This document shows, in pieces, positions 39,757-49,763 of a stretch of 64,000 nucleotides of DNA (position 1 is its first letter; the number at the start of each line of letters is the position of its first letter). The translations under genes and the position numbers were made by a program. The notes under the pieces were generated by a model. The model did not search any database, was not told the origin of the DNA, and saw nothing but the letters and a program-made list of their open reading frames with translations. The DNA is from Nitrospira sp. (lineage in GTDB: Bacteria; Nitrospirota; Nitrospiria; Nitrospirales; Nitrospiraceae): the NCBI GenBank assembly GCA_047150005.1, contig AP038806.1, positions 3,136,001 to 3,200,000 on the forward strand, read 5' to 3'.

Positions 39757-40638
39757 TCACGCCAAGGTCTCAGAGCGGGTCATCAACGTCACATAGTAGA
39801 AGAACGTCGGGGCCGTGAACAAGAGACTGTCGAGGCGATCAAGCATGCCTCCATGACCGGGTAGCACACCGCCCGAATCTTTGGCGCCGACGCTTCGCTT
39901 CATCGCCGATTCCGCCAGATCGCCCCACAGTCCCGCCGCGGTCAGCAGCAGAGCGAGCACGGCGCAATCAATCATCGACAGCGCGGGCAAAAACCACCAG
40001 CGCGCCAGATAGGCGGCCATCGCGGCGGCGAGCAACCCGCCCAACAAACCTTCGACGGACTTCTTTGGGCTAATTCGTGGTGCCAGCCGATGCCGCCCCC
40101 AGATGGTTCCCGCGTAATAGGCTCCCGTGTCGCTGGCCCATGTCACGAGCAGGAGAAAAAACACGAGCCATTCGCCATGATCGAGCAATCGAGTTCGGAT
40201 CACGAAGCTGAGCGTCACGCCAAGATATAAGATCCCCAAGAGAGTCGCGGCGCTGTTCCTCAAGACGTGATCCAGAGGAAGTCGCAGGACGAGGGAGATC
40301 GACAGTGTTCCGATCACCGCGGCGAGCAGGGCTGGGACCAGGAACTCACCGTAATGGGGCGCCAGGAGCAGCGCGGCGAATCCAAGGAGGCCGATTCCAA
40401 CATAAGGCCGTTCACCCGGTGGCATGAGACCGAGCCGGTAGAATTCCAGCAAGGCGATCGAACCCACCGTGAAGACGAGCCCCGTGAACGCGAAGGGAGG
40501 GAAGTAGCGGATCGCGGCATAGAGCAGCGGCGCCAGCACCAGCACCGTATAGACGCGGCGGGCGTCGAATCGGCGCGCCACCGTCGGCATCGACGGATCA
40601 TGACTCGTGATGCGGCACTCCACCATATTCGTATTCAC
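39757..40638 (-). CDS. cdsA: Phosphatidate cytidylyltransferase
   Basis: SPKKSVEG, GDLAESAMKR, KDSGGVLPGHGGMLDRLD; start may be 40590. Confidence 0.96.
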   Translation of the reverse strand: MNTNMVECRITSHDPSMPTVARRFDARRVYTVLVLAPLLYAAIRYFPPFAFTGLVFTVGSIALLEFYRLGLMPPGERPYVGIGLLGFAALLLAPHYGEFLVPALLAAVIGTLSISLVLRLPLDHVLRNSAATLLGILYLGVTLSFVIRTRLLDHGEWLVFFLLLVTWASDTGAYYAGTIWGRHRLAPRISPKKSVEGLLGGLLAAAMAAYLARWWFLPALSMIDCAVLALLLTAAGLWGDLAESAMKRSVGAKDSGGVLPGHGGMLDRLDSLLFTAPTFFYYVTLMTRSETLA

Positions 40639-40685
40639 CAGGTCAGACAGGATGCTCCGTGACGGTGTGTCGTTGAACGATCCGT

Positions 40686-41471
40686 CTAGGAAGTGAGGCT
40701 GCTGAAGACGCGGCCGAAACGGCGCTCCCGGCGCTGAAATTCGAGCAAGGCCAGCAGCAATTCACGCCGTCTGAAGTCGGGCCAGAGCGTGGGCGTGAAG
40801 TAGAGTTCGGTATAGGCCAGCTGCCACAACAGGAAATTGCTGATGCGCGTTTCCCCGCTGGTGCGGATCAACAGGTCCGGGTCGGGCAAATCATGGGTGT
40901 ACAGGAACTGATGCACGAGCGATTCGTCGACCTCATCCGGTTGAATCTTTCCATCCCGAACTTCCCGGGCGATCTGGCGCACGGCGTCCACCATTTCAGC
41001 TCTGCCGCCGTAACTCAGGGCTACCGTCAGGTGCAACTTGTTGAGATGGGCGGTTTCGTGCTCCGCGGCGCGCACCCATTGAAGGGCGGAGGCCGGAAGC
41101 AGTTCCGATCGTCCGATCGTCCGGAACCGCACGCCTTGTTCGATCAGCTTGTTGCGTTCGGTGGAGAGGTAATATTCCAGCAGCCCCATCAAGGCGTTGA
41201 TTTCCTGAGGCGGCCGGTTCCAGTTCTCCTGGGAGAAGGCAAAAATCGTCAACGCCTGAATGCCTAGTTCGAGGCAGCTCGTGATCATTTCCCGGACGGA
41301 TTTGATCCCTTCCCGGTGGCCGGCAATGCGGGGCAGGTTCCGCGCTGCGGCCCAGCGACCATTTCCATCCATGATGATCGCCAGGTGCTTGGGAAGGAGA
41401 TCGGGATCGAGTTTGGCAGCGAGGTCCGCGTCTGAAAGTTGGTCGATACCAGCGGATAATCCGGTATTCAT
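40686..41471 (-). CDS. uppS: Undecaprenyl diphosphate synthase
   Basis: IIMDGNGRWA, FSQENWNRP, SYGGR, IRTSGETRISNFLLWQ. Confidence 0.97.
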   Translation of the reverse strand: MNTGLSAGIDQLSDADLAAKLDPDLLPKHLAIIMDGNGRWAAARNLPRIAGHREGIKSVREMITSCLELGIQALTIFAFSQENWNRPPQEINALMGLLEYYLSTERNKLIEQGVRFRTIGRSELLPASALQWVRAAEHETAHLNKLHLTVALSYGGRAEMVDAVRQIAREVRDGKIQPDEVDESLVHQFLYTHDLPDPDLLIRTSGETRISNFLLWQLAYTELYFTPTLWPDFRRRELLLALLEFQRRERRFGRVFSSLTS

Positions 41472-41526
41472 AGGGTCTTGTTTTCGAATGGCCCTTTCAT
41501 TGAAAGTATGTGCGGCAGGCAACGAA

Positions 41527-41555
41527 AGTCTACTGAGCCGGCCGAGGAAAGTCAA
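41527..41555 (-). promoter_or_regulatory. Sigma70 promoter for the uppS-cdsA-dxr-rseP-proS operon
   Basis: TTGACT-17 nt-TAGACT on the minus strand. Confidence 0.6.
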
Positions 41556-41605
41556 ACAGTATTTCCTAAATTCCTTGCAAAAGCGATGGGTTGGATGAAC
41601 TTGCG

Positions 41606-41635
41606 TTGCGCCTGCTCGAATGGATCGGCTATACT
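41606..41635 (+). promoter_or_regulatory. Putative sigma70 promoter for tldD
   Basis: TTGCGC-18 nt-TATACT. Confidence 0.45.
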
Positions 41636-41680
41636 CCGAATTCTCCGGATGACGATCATCACACAACAGAGAGTTCCCTC

Positions 41681-43114
41681 ATGGCACAACTGATTCCTCT
41701 CGACTCATTCGGCCTCACCGAGCGCGAGGTCTGCGCGGCACTGGCCCGCGTGAAAGTGCGCGCCGTCGACTATGCCGATCTGTACTTCGAATCGTCCGTC
41801 ACCGAATCCGTGTCGATGGAGGAATCTCTGGTCAAGCGGGCCACGAAAAGCATCTGTCAGGGGGTCGGGGTGCGGGCGACCGCCGGTGAAAAGACGGGGT
41901 TCGCCTATTCCGACGAGTTGCAGAAACAGGATCTTGAGTTGGCGGCCGATACCGCCCGCTACATTGCGATGAGCCCCGGCGGGACCGACACCCTGCCGGT
42001 TCCGGTACATGCCAGGCCGCGCCACGATCTCTATCCGGTGCCTCAGACGGCGCTGGAGGTCGCGACGGCGGATCGGATTGCGCTGTTGAACGAAATCGAT
42101 GCCGAAGCCCGCAAGTATGATCCCCGTATCAAGAACGTCATGGCCTCGTTCAATACCGAATTCAAGATCGTCATGGTTGCGACATCGGAGGGAACGATCA
42201 TCGGGGACGTGCAGCCCTTATCACGTCTCCAAGTGACCTGCATCGCGGAGGAGAACGGCAATCGCCAGGTCGGATCCTTCGGAGGCGGAGGGCGCGTCGG
42301 GTTCCACTTCTATCGGGAAGGCGACCGCCATCTTGCCTATGCCAAGGAAGCGGCGCGAACCGCGATCCTGAACCTTTCGGCCGTGGAGGCCCCGGCGGGT
42401 GTCATGCCGGTGGTGTTGGGAGGAGGTTGGCCGGGCATTCTCCTGCACGAAGCCATCGGGCACGGGTTGGAGGCGGACTTCAATCGGAAGAAAACCTCGG
42501 CGTTTTCCAACCTCCTGGGCAAGCGCGTCGCATCCGACGTGTGCACGATCGTGGATGATGGTACTCTCCCGGGCCGTCGAGGCTCCCTCAATATGGACGA
42601 TGAAGGCACGCCGACCGGACGAACCATGCTGATCGAGCGGGGCATCCTTCGCGGCTACATTACCGACAAGCTCAATGCGCGGCTCATGGGTATTCCGCTG
42701 ACCGGCAACGGCCGCCGAGAGAGCTATCAAAGCGTGGTCTTGCCCCGCATGACCAATACCTTCATGCTGGCCGGTCAATCTGAGCCTCAAGACATCATCA
42801 GGTCGGTCAACAAGGGGCTCTATGCGGTGTCGTTCGGGGGAGGGCAGGTCGATATTACGAACGGCAAGTTCGTGTTTTCCGCCAGCGAGGCCTATTTGAT
42901 TGAGGACGGCAAAGTGACCAGGCCCGTCAAAGGTGCGACCTTGATCGGCAGCGGACCAGAGATTCTGACGAAGGTCTCGATGGTCGGTCACGACTTGAAA
43001 CTGGACGAAGGCATCGGAACGTGTGGAAAAGAAGGACAGTCCGTTCCCGTTGGCGTCGGACTTCCCACCATCAGAATCGACGAGATCACCGTCGGTGGAA
43101 CCCAGTCGGAATAG
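41681..43114 (+). CDS. tldD: Metalloprotease TldD
   Basis: HEAIGHGLEADFNRK, DDEGTP, PRMTNT, TCGKEGQSVPVGVGLP. Confidence 0.96.
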   Translation: MAQLIPLDSFGLTEREVCAALARVKVRAVDYADLYFESSVTESVSMEESLVKRATKSICQGVGVRATAGEKTGFAYSDELQKQDLELAADTARYIAMSPGGTDTLPVPVHARPRHDLYPVPQTALEVATADRIALLNEIDAEARKYDPRIKNVMASFNTEFKIVMVATSEGTIIGDVQPLSRLQVTCIAEENGNRQVGSFGGGGRVGFHFYREGDRHLAYAKEAARTAILNLSAVEAPAGVMPVVLGGGWPGILLHEAIGHGLEADFNRKKTSAFSNLLGKRVASDVCTIVDDGTLPGRRGSLNMDDEGTPTGRTMLIERGILRGYITDKLNARLMGIPLTGNGRRESYQSVVLPRMTNTFMLAGQSEPQDIIRSVNKGLYAVSFGGGQVDITNGKFVFSASEAYLIEDGKVTRPVKGATLIGSGPEILTKVSMVGHDLKLDEGIGTCGKEGQSVPVGVGLPTIRIDEITVGGTQSE

Positions 43115-43117
43115 CGG

Positions 43118-44485
43118 ATGAACGGCGCCATCACCCCCACGGACGGCTATCGACAACTCGCCTCGGACGTGTTGGCCATGGCGAAACGCGGCGGAGCCAC
43201 AGAGGCCGACATCGTCATCGTCGACGGGGAAAACCTGTCCGTGCAAGTTCGGCTCGCCGCGGTAGATCGGCTGACCAAGGCCAGGGAGAAGCGCCTGGGA
43301 CTTCGCGTGTTCATGGGCAAGCGCTCGGCCAGTGCGTCGACCTCGGACTTTTCGCCCACCTCCCTTCATCAGTTGGCCGAGCAAACCTGTACGCTGGCTC
43401 GGGCGGTGGTGGAAGACCACGTGTCCGGTCTCCCCGCCGCCGAGGAGATGGCCGAGGAGCAGCCGGAACTCGATCTCCATGATTCGACCAGACTCGATAC
43501 GGACCGGCAGATCGAACTGGCCCGGCGGGCCGAATCCGCGGCGATGGCGGCGGACGAGCGGATCACCAATTCCGAGGGCGCCGATTTCGACTCGTCGTCC
43601 GGACGGATCGTTCTGGCGAACAGTCACGGCTTCATCGGCGAATATCGCAGCTCAAGCTTCTCGCTGTCCGTGTCTCCGATCGCGGTCGATCCCACGACCG
43701 GCGCGATGCAGCGGGATGCCTGGTACGGGGTACAAAGAAAATTCAGCAAGCTGGAGTCGCCGGAGGCGATCGGAACAGAAGCGGCGAGGCGGGCCGTTCG
43801 GCGGTTGGGAGCAAGAAAAGTGGGCACCAAACGGGTGCCGGTCGTCTTCGATCAGGAGATGGCCGCCAGCCTCATGGGAAATCTCTGCGGCGCCGTATCC
43901 GGCTATAGCCTCTACAAAGGGACGTCGTTTCTGATCGGTCAACTGGGCAAACCGTTGGCGCCCGAATATGTGACGATCTACGACGATGGACGTATGGTCG
44001 GGGGCCTCGGTTCGAGACCGTTCGACGGCGAGGGACTGGCTACGAGGAAGAATACGGTTGTGGAGAGGGGCAGGCTCGCCAGTTACTTGCTTGATGCCTA
44101 TTCCGGAAGAAAACTCGGATTGCCGTCGACGGGCAACGCCTCCCGCAGCGTGGGGGAGAGTCCGTCCGTCGGCCCCACGAACTTCTACCTGGCTCCGGGG
44201 AGCCGGAGCGCCGATGACATCATCGCCACGGTCAAGGACGGGCTCTATGTCACGGAGTTGATCGGCTTCGGCATCAACATGGTGACGGGCGACTATTCCC
44301 GCGGGGCGAGCGGCTTCTGGATCGAGAACGGTGAACTCGCGTATCCTGTCGAGGAAATCACCATCGCTGGCAATCTAAAGCACATGTTCCGAGATATCGA
44401 GATCGTGGGGAACGATCTGAGTTTTCGTGGCCGGATCGCCAGTCCGACGCTGAAGATTGCCGAGATGATGGTGGCCGGGAGTTAG
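43118..44485 (+). CDS. pmbA: PmbA/TldE
   Basis: SRPFDGEG, TGNA, VTGDYSRGASGFWIENG, EITIAGNL. Confidence 0.95.
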   Translation: MNGAITPTDGYRQLASDVLAMAKRGGATEADIVIVDGENLSVQVRLAAVDRLTKAREKRLGLRVFMGKRSASASTSDFSPTSLHQLAEQTCTLARAVVEDHVSGLPAAEEMAEEQPELDLHDSTRLDTDRQIELARRAESAAMAADERITNSEGADFDSSSGRIVLANSHGFIGEYRSSSFSLSVSPIAVDPTTGAMQRDAWYGVQRKFSKLESPEAIGTEAARRAVRRLGARKVGTKRVPVVFDQEMAASLMGNLCGAVSGYSLYKGTSFLIGQLGKPLAPEYVTIYDDGRMVGGLGSRPFDGEGLATRKNTVVERGRLASYLLDAYSGRKLGLPSTGNASRSVGESPSVGPTNFYLAPGSRSADDIIATVKDGLYVTELIGFGINMVTGDYSRGASGFWIENGELAYPVEEITIAGNLKHMFRDIEIVGNDLSFRGRIASPTLKIAEMMVAGS

Positions 44486-44523
44486 CGAGAGCCGTTGATG
44501 AACATTGAGATCTCAAAGGCTCC

Positions 44524-45075
44524 ATGATTCGACAAACCTCTCTCGTCTGGAAGGCCATGGCGCTCGCGGTCTCCATCGTATCCGGAAGCGCCATGGCACA
44601 TGCGGAGGGAACCATGCGTCTTACCTCGACGGCATTCACCCACCAGGGTTCAATTCCGACCGTCTACACTTGTGAAGGGAAGGACATCTCGCCGCCGCTG
44701 GCTTGGACCGATGTTCCGGCTGGCGCCAAGAGCCTCGCCCTCATCGTGGACGATCCGGACGCTCCGGATCCGGCTGCGCCGACACTGACGTGGGTGCATT
44801 GGGTTCTCTACAATCTGCCGGCAGCGAACGGCGGACTTTCAGAGGGTAGCAAGACGTTGCCCGAAGGAACGAAAGAAGGAGTGAACGACTGGAACCGGAC
44901 CGGCTACGGTGGGCCCTGTCCGCCGATCGGCCGTCACCGCTATTTCCATAAACTCTACGCGCTTGATGCCGTACTTCCGGACTTGAAGCAGCCGACCAAG
45001 GCCAAATTAGAAGGGGCCATGAAGGGCCATGTCATCGGCGAAGCGCAGTTAATGGGCACCTATCAAAAAGGTTGA
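44524..45075 (+). CDS. YbhB/YbcL (PEBP/RKIP) family protein, exported
   Basis: DDPDAP, WVHW, GYGGPCPP, HRY. Confidence 0.92.
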   Translation: MIRQTSLVWKAMALAVSIVSGSAMAHAEGTMRLTSTAFTHQGSIPTVYTCEGKDISPPLAWTDVPAGAKSLALIVDDPDAPDPAAPTLTWVHWVLYNLPAANGGLSEGSKTLPEGTKEGVNDWNRTGYGGPCPPIGRHRYFHKLYALDAVLPDLKQPTKAKLEGAMKGHVIGEAQLMGTYQKG

Positions 45076-45099
45076 TGAGGATCGGAAGGAGAGGAACGG

Positions 45100-45663
45100 A
45101 TGCGACATGCATGGAGCGTGATTCTCTTCACGCTGACTGTGCTGCCTGGCGTCAGCAGCGCAGCAGATTTTCAGCTCGCCAGCCCGACGGTCAAGAACAA
45201 GACGACAATCGGTAACGAGCACGTATTCAACGGCTTCGGCTGCACCGGCGGGAACGTCTCACCGGAGTTGCGCTGGTCGAGTGCGCCGAAGGGCACGAAG
45301 AGTTTTGCCGTGACGGTCTACGATCCCGATGCGCCGACAGGCAGCGGCTGGTGGCATTGGCTGATCTTCAATATTCCTCCGAGCGTGACGTCGTTGGCCG
45401 CCGGCGTTGGGAAATCGGACGGCAGCGCGGCGCCGCAGGGCAGCATTCAGAGCGTGACGGATTTCGGGCAGCCCGGCTATGGCGGGCCTTGTCCGCCACC
45501 GGGCGACAAACCCCATCGCTACATCTTTACGGTGTTTGCGTTGAAGGTGGATCAGTTGCCGTTGAAGCCTGAGGCTTCCGGCGCGATGGTGGGTTATTTT
45601 CTGAACCAGAACACACTCGCAAAGGCCTCATTCACGGGGATGTACGGCCGCAAGAAAGAATAG
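45100..45663 (+). CDS. YbhB/YbcL family protein, exported (YbcL-like)
   Basis: FGCTGGNVSP, YDPDAPTGSGWWHW, GPCPPPGDKPHRY. Confidence 0.92.
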   Translation: MRHAWSVILFTLTVLPGVSSAADFQLASPTVKNKTTIGNEHVFNGFGCTGGNVSPELRWSSAPKGTKSFAVTVYDPDAPTGSGWWHWLIFNIPPSVTSLAAGVGKSDGSAAPQGSIQSVTDFGQPGYGGPCPPPGDKPHRYIFTVFALKVDQLPLKPEASGAMVGYFLNQNTLAKASFTGMYGRKKE

Positions 45664-45674
45664 GACACACGGCC

Positions 45675-46142
45675 ATGCCGCTCGATGCCGAACTCGGGAA
45701 GAAAATGTTGCAGCTGGTCACGTCACGCTACGACGACCGGCATTGGCGAAAGAAGATCGAAAAAACCTTGAGCCTGCCGCAGTCGGGCGTGAGCGAGCCG
45801 ACGCAGCAGCAGATTTTCATGTATCTGAAAGTGAGCCTCAAAGCCTACAAGTCCCGTCGTGCCGACCCGGATTCCTGGGTTATCGGCGGCTTTGCCACGA
45901 AGGAAGTGATCGATCGGGCCAAGTTTCAACCGCACCTCGTTGATTCTGCCGTCACCAAAGACGATGTCTCATTTCTCGGCAACGATCCAGGCCCTGAAGT
46001 CGATGAGGCTTGGTGGGAGGAGATGCTCGTTCAGTGGTTCGACGTGCCGGAGGAAGAGAAGCCGACTGAGGGTGAGGGCGAAGCGCAGGCGGCCGAATCG
46101 ACCTCAGCCAGCGTGCCGGAAGGGAAGTCGGCCAAAACGTAA
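45675..46142 (+). CDS. Hypothetical protein with acidic C-terminal tail
   Basis: 155-aa ORF with AGGA RBS, continuing the operon. Confidence 0.75.
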   Translation: MPLDAELGKKMLQLVTSRYDDRHWRKKIEKTLSLPQSGVSEPTQQQIFMYLKVSLKAYKSRRADPDSWVIGGFATKEVIDRAKFQPHLVDSAVTKDDVSFLGNDPGPEVDEAWWEEMLVQWFDVPEEEKPTEGEGEAQAAESTSASVPEGKSAKT

Positions 46143-46694
46143 AGTACGTCCGATCAGGACTGCACGTCGTCGAAGACACCTGCTGGGCCACCCGACTCAG
46201 CCTCGCTCACTCAAACCTGTAAACTCGCCAAGCCTCCAGTTATGCGCCCGCGCTGCTTTCGCTCTGCTAGGGCCTGCTGGCTCGCCGTGACGTTCAGCTG
46301 CGCTTGACCCAGAAACTCGTTCCCTTCAGACCAATGGTCGAACGGAACGTCGAACATCTGTGTCACCTGCTGGAAGCAGGTCGCACAGCTTTACTACGGC
46401 GAGACACAGCAGGGCCCTAACGCACGCGCCAGCATCTGCGGGCGCCGTCTATGAAAGATGTCTGCAAGCTCGGTAGGACCAATATGTCTGCTCGATCCAG
46501 CTTGTTGGGCTCCGGCCCATCTAGTGATTAGCGGCAATAGTCCGGACTAAGCGCTGATGGGTCTTGAATGGTAAGCGCTGTTACCCGCTGGAGCAGGTTG
46601 CGAGATTGTGCTACTGCAAGGAACGCAAAGCGCTGAAGCACGCGTCAGCAGCGCGGGTTCTGTAGGGAAGGGGTGGTGGTCGGCAGTTTGGATT

Positions 46695-46887
46695 GCAGGC
46701 TGATCAAAATGACCGTCCAGCGAGGCCGCAGCGAGCGAGGTGGCGAGGAGGTACATACCAAGCTTCGCTTGACCCGCTCGCTTCGATCATAATGCGAGCG
46801 GATAAGTACCGTCCCTCATGTCGTCTCCGTACGTTGAGCCTCTAAGCGAAGCGAGAACAAAGCCGGCGGTCTTTTTCAGCAGCCTGC
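46695..46887. mobile_element. MITE-like non-autonomous element (~193 bp)
   Basis: Imperfect terminal inverted repeats GCAGGCTGATCAAAATGACCG vs (reverse complement) GCAGGCTGCTGAAAAAGACCG; internal hairpin 46774-46801; right end runs into CTAG containing the udg stop. Confidence 0.7.
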
Positions 46888-47528
46888 TAGCCGAACAGAT
46901 CCATCTGGGCAGGCTGTGGCGGTTCGATGTCGAGTGTCGGGGCGGTTGGTTGAGGGGATTCGGATGGGACCGCTTGCGCGTGCCGGTCGAGGAATTCCTT
47001 GAGCTTCTTGAAATCTTCTTTCAGGGTTTCGAGCAGATTGCCCTGGTGCAGTGCTGCGGCCGGATGCAACAGCGGGAAGATGACGAAATCCTTCATATAG
47101 AAGGCCTGGGCCTTCACCTTCGTGATGCCGACCTTTCTTTCAAGAAGAGTCTGGGTTGCCCAGTTTCCAAGCGTACAGACCAACTTCGGGCGGATCATTT
47201 GAATCTGCTGCATCAAGAACGGCTTGCAGGTCTCGACTTCGTCCGGCTCGGGATCGCGGTTGTTCGGGGGCCGGCACTTGATCACATTGGCGATGTAGAT
47301 TTGATCGCGGGACAGATTGGCGGATTGCAGGAGGTCGTTTAAAAGTTTTCCCGCCGCGCCGACAAACGGCTCCCCCTTTTGATCCTCGTTGAATCCCGGG
47401 GCTTCACCGACGAACATGACGCTGGCGTGCGGATTTCCCACGCCGAAGACTACTTGTGACCGGCCCAGCTTCGCAAGCTTGCATTGCTGGCAGTTGTGAA
47501 GGGATTTGGCGAGCTCGGGCAGTGTCAT
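46887..47528 (-). CDS. udg: Uracil-DNA glycosylase family 4 (Fe-S)
   Basis: CQQCKL, GEAPG, PFVGAAG, NVIKCRPPNNR, HPAA. Confidence 0.95.
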   Translation of the reverse strand: MTLPELAKSLHNCQQCKLAKLGRSQVVFGVGNPHASVMFVGEAPGFNEDQKGEPFVGAAGKLLNDLLQSANLSRDQIYIANVIKCRPPNNRDPEPDEVETCKPFLMQQIQMIRPKLVCTLGNWATQTLLERKVGITKVKAQAFYMKDFVIFPLLHPAAALHQGNLLETLKEDFKKLKEFLDRHAQAVPSESPQPTAPTLDIEPPQPAQMDLFG

Positions 47529-47558
47529 GCTTCTCAGCTGGAAAAGAAAAGCGATGGC

Positions 47559-47587
47559 ATACTAGGAGGCGGCAGACGGATTGTCAA
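47559..47587 (-). promoter_or_regulatory. Sigma70 promoter for udg
   Basis: TTGACA-17 nt-TAGTAT, overlapping the hpnE stop. Confidence 0.5.
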
Positions 47588-48900
47588 TAAGCCGGGAGTG
47601 GCTTGCCTGAAATGATTGCAGCACAACGTTCAGCGCTCAGGATCGCGCTCTCAAGATTCGCCGGCCAGCCTGTATCGGTCCAAGCTCCCGCGACCAGCAG
47701 ATTGGGGATGGGGCTGGTTTGGATGGGACGGCGCACTTTGGTTCCCGGCGCAAGCGACAACGCCGAATCGCCGACTTCGTCGTTCCCGATTGTCGAGACG
47801 GCGGTGGACGGCTGGAGCAGCCCCGCGGTTTTGAGGAGATCCGAGGCTTGTTCTCCCGCGTCTGCAAGCCGGCTCTGACCATCGGCCTTGACCAGAGTGA
47901 AGAGACTCTGTCCGTCCTCCCGAGCGTGAGCCTGTAGCCGTTGGAACGGTCCTTCGCTCAACAGCATGAGCCGGGGGGCGCGTGGGACCTGTTGAGCGGC
48001 AAGGCGGACGATTCTGCGGGAGACAGGGGTCAATTCGCTGAGCTGTTGGAAATAGGCGAAGCGCGTCAGCCAGCGTTCGGGCAGGAGGGCGGTGAGGTGA
48101 CGGTAGGAGAGGGCGGACACATACCAGTCGGCTTCTAGCACCGTGCCGTCCCGGAGCCGAATCCCCGTCACCTGTTCCTGGCGACAGAGTAGTTGGGTGG
48201 CGTGTGTCTCCGGCCGCAAGGTTGCTCCCGCCCGGCGCAGGCGGTCGAGGACCGGTTGGACGAAAAAGGCGTCGGGCGATTGCAGCGGGATCATGATTCG
48301 GCTGTCGGACGATCGCCGCAGAAAAACCGGAGCCAAAGCGCCAGCCAGCGCATCGGCGGACAGCATCCGCAGATCACCGCCGGTAAGCCATTGAGCGAGC
48401 GGATTCCAAATGGCTTGTTGAAGCGAGGCATCGTGGCCGAGGGACGTCAGCCATTCCTGCGCGGTCCGATGTTCGAGGTCCGTTCCCAGTTCGGACGACC
48501 CTTCCCAGAGCTCCTCCAGCCAGGAGAGCAGTCGCCAGCGCGCGGACCAGGAGAGTCCGGCAAAGCGTCCGATGGTGAACAGGCTATGCAACGGAGTGGG
48601 GAATCGGCTGTATGGATATTTCACGATGCGCCCGCCGGGCAGGCGGAATTCGAGGCCGGTTTGTTGAAATTCCGGTGATCGGGGAGGAGACCCCAACGCC
48701 GTCAACAGTCGCCAGGTGGCATGGTGGCATCCGAGGAGAGTCGGCGGCGGCTGCCGTTCGTCGCCGAACCCGCCTCCCAGCCTCGTGGCCTGGTCGAGCA
48801 ACATGACTCGAAGACCCTGTTCAGCCAGATAGTACGCTGCGGCGAGCCCGGCGGGTCCGCCGCCGAGGACGAGTACGGTCTGAGCGCCCGTAGCGGTCAC
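47584..48900 (-). CDS. hpnE: Hydroxysqualene dehydroxylase HpnE-like FAD oxidoreductase
   Basis: GGGPAGLAAA; C-terminal NLLVAGAWTDTGWPANLESAILS; coupled to hpnD. Confidence 0.8.
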   Translation of the reverse strand: MTATGAQTVLVLGGGPAGLAAAYYLAEQGLRVMLLDQATRLGGGFGDERQPPPTLLGCHHATWRLLTALGSPPRSPEFQQTGLEFRLPGGRIVKYPYSRFPTPLHSLFTIGRFAGLSWSARWRLLSWLEELWEGSSELGTDLEHRTAQEWLTSLGHDASLQQAIWNPLAQWLTGGDLRMLSADALAGALAPVFLRRSSDSRIMIPLQSPDAFFVQPVLDRLRRAGATLRPETHATQLLCRQEQVTGIRLRDGTVLEADWYVSALSYRHLTALLPERWLTRFAYFQQLSELTPVSRRIVRLAAQQVPRAPRLMLLSEGPFQRLQAHAREDGQSLFTLVKADGQSRLADAGEQASDLLKTAGLLQPSTAVSTIGNDEVGDSALSLAPGTKVRRPIQTSPIPNLLVAGAWTDTGWPANLESAILSAERCAAIISGKPLPAY

Positions 48901-49763
48901 GAGAGTCGGCTGCGAAGCCAGACGCCGGCCGCCAACCGCAGGCGCTCCGAGGTGGTGAGTCTGACTCGAGGACCGAAGACGACGTGGTCCCCTTGCTCGA
49001 TGCGTCGGAGAATCTCGGAATAAATGGCGCGCATGATTTCCGCGACGGTCAATGCGCGGCGATCCGAGGACGGCAAACCGTCCAGTGATGCTTGCGCCTT
49101 TGCGTAATAGCGGCGCGCGCGGGCTGCTTCGAAGTCCACGAGATCGCGGAGCTTCGCGGTGGGCTTGCGCCCCAGGATATCGGCTTCCGTATGGCCGAAA
49201 CGGGCAAGATCCTCCTGTGGCAGGTAGATACGGCCTTGCTCGGCGTCCGTGCTCAAATCACGCAAAATATTCGTGAGCTGAAATGCCATGCCGAGATCGA
49301 CCGCATAGTCCTGAGCATGCGGCGAGGTCGGTCCGAACACGTGCAGGCATATCAGGCCGACCACCGACGCGACCCGATAACAATAGAGCGACAGCTCGTC
49401 AAAGGTGGCGTAGCGTGTCGTACTCAGATCCATCTCCACGCCCTTGATGAGTTCTTCGAAGTACGCCTTGGGGATCGACAGCTGCCCGACATGATGCGCC
49501 AGGCTGATCATCAGCGGCCAGGTCGGGGCCCCCTCATAGGCCGCGTCGAGCTCGGCCCTCCAACGACGCAGTTCCTCCTTGGGATCGCTGCCGGCCGGAG
49601 GTTCGTCGACCGCGCTGTCGACACCTTTGCAGAACGCGTAAATCGTATACATCGCGTTGCGCCGGGTCTTAGGAAGGAAGAGAAAGGAGTAATAGAAGTT
49701 GCTCCCGCTGTTCTTCGTCAGCTCGGTACAGAACGCCTGAGCTTCTTTGGCCGTCATCGTCAT
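48897..49763 (-). CDS. hpnD: Presqualene diphosphate synthase HpnD / squalene-phytoene synthase family
   Basis: SGSNFYYSFLFL, YCYRVASVVG, AFQLTNILRD, GRIYLP. Confidence 0.85.
   Translation of the reverse strand: MTMTAKEAQAFCTELTKNSGSNFYYSFLFLPKTRRNAMYTIYAFCKGVDSAVDEPPAGSDPKEELRRWRAELDAAYEGAPTWPLMISLAHHVGQLSIPKAYFEELIKGVEMDLSTTRYATFDELSLYCYRVASVVGLICLHVFGPTSPHAQDYAVDLGMAFQLTNILRDLSTDAEQGRIYLPQEDLARFGHTEADILGRKPTAKLRDLVDFEAARARRYYAKAQASLDGLPSSDRRALTVAEIMRAIYSEILRRIEQGDHVVFGPRVRLTTSERLRLAAGVWLRSRLS

Noticed and set aside
46547..47342. Short ORFs MYLLATSLAAASLDGHFDQPA... and MSSPYVEPLSEARTKPAVFFSSLL...
   Set aside because: They originate inside the MITE-like repeat, and the second is antisense to udg.
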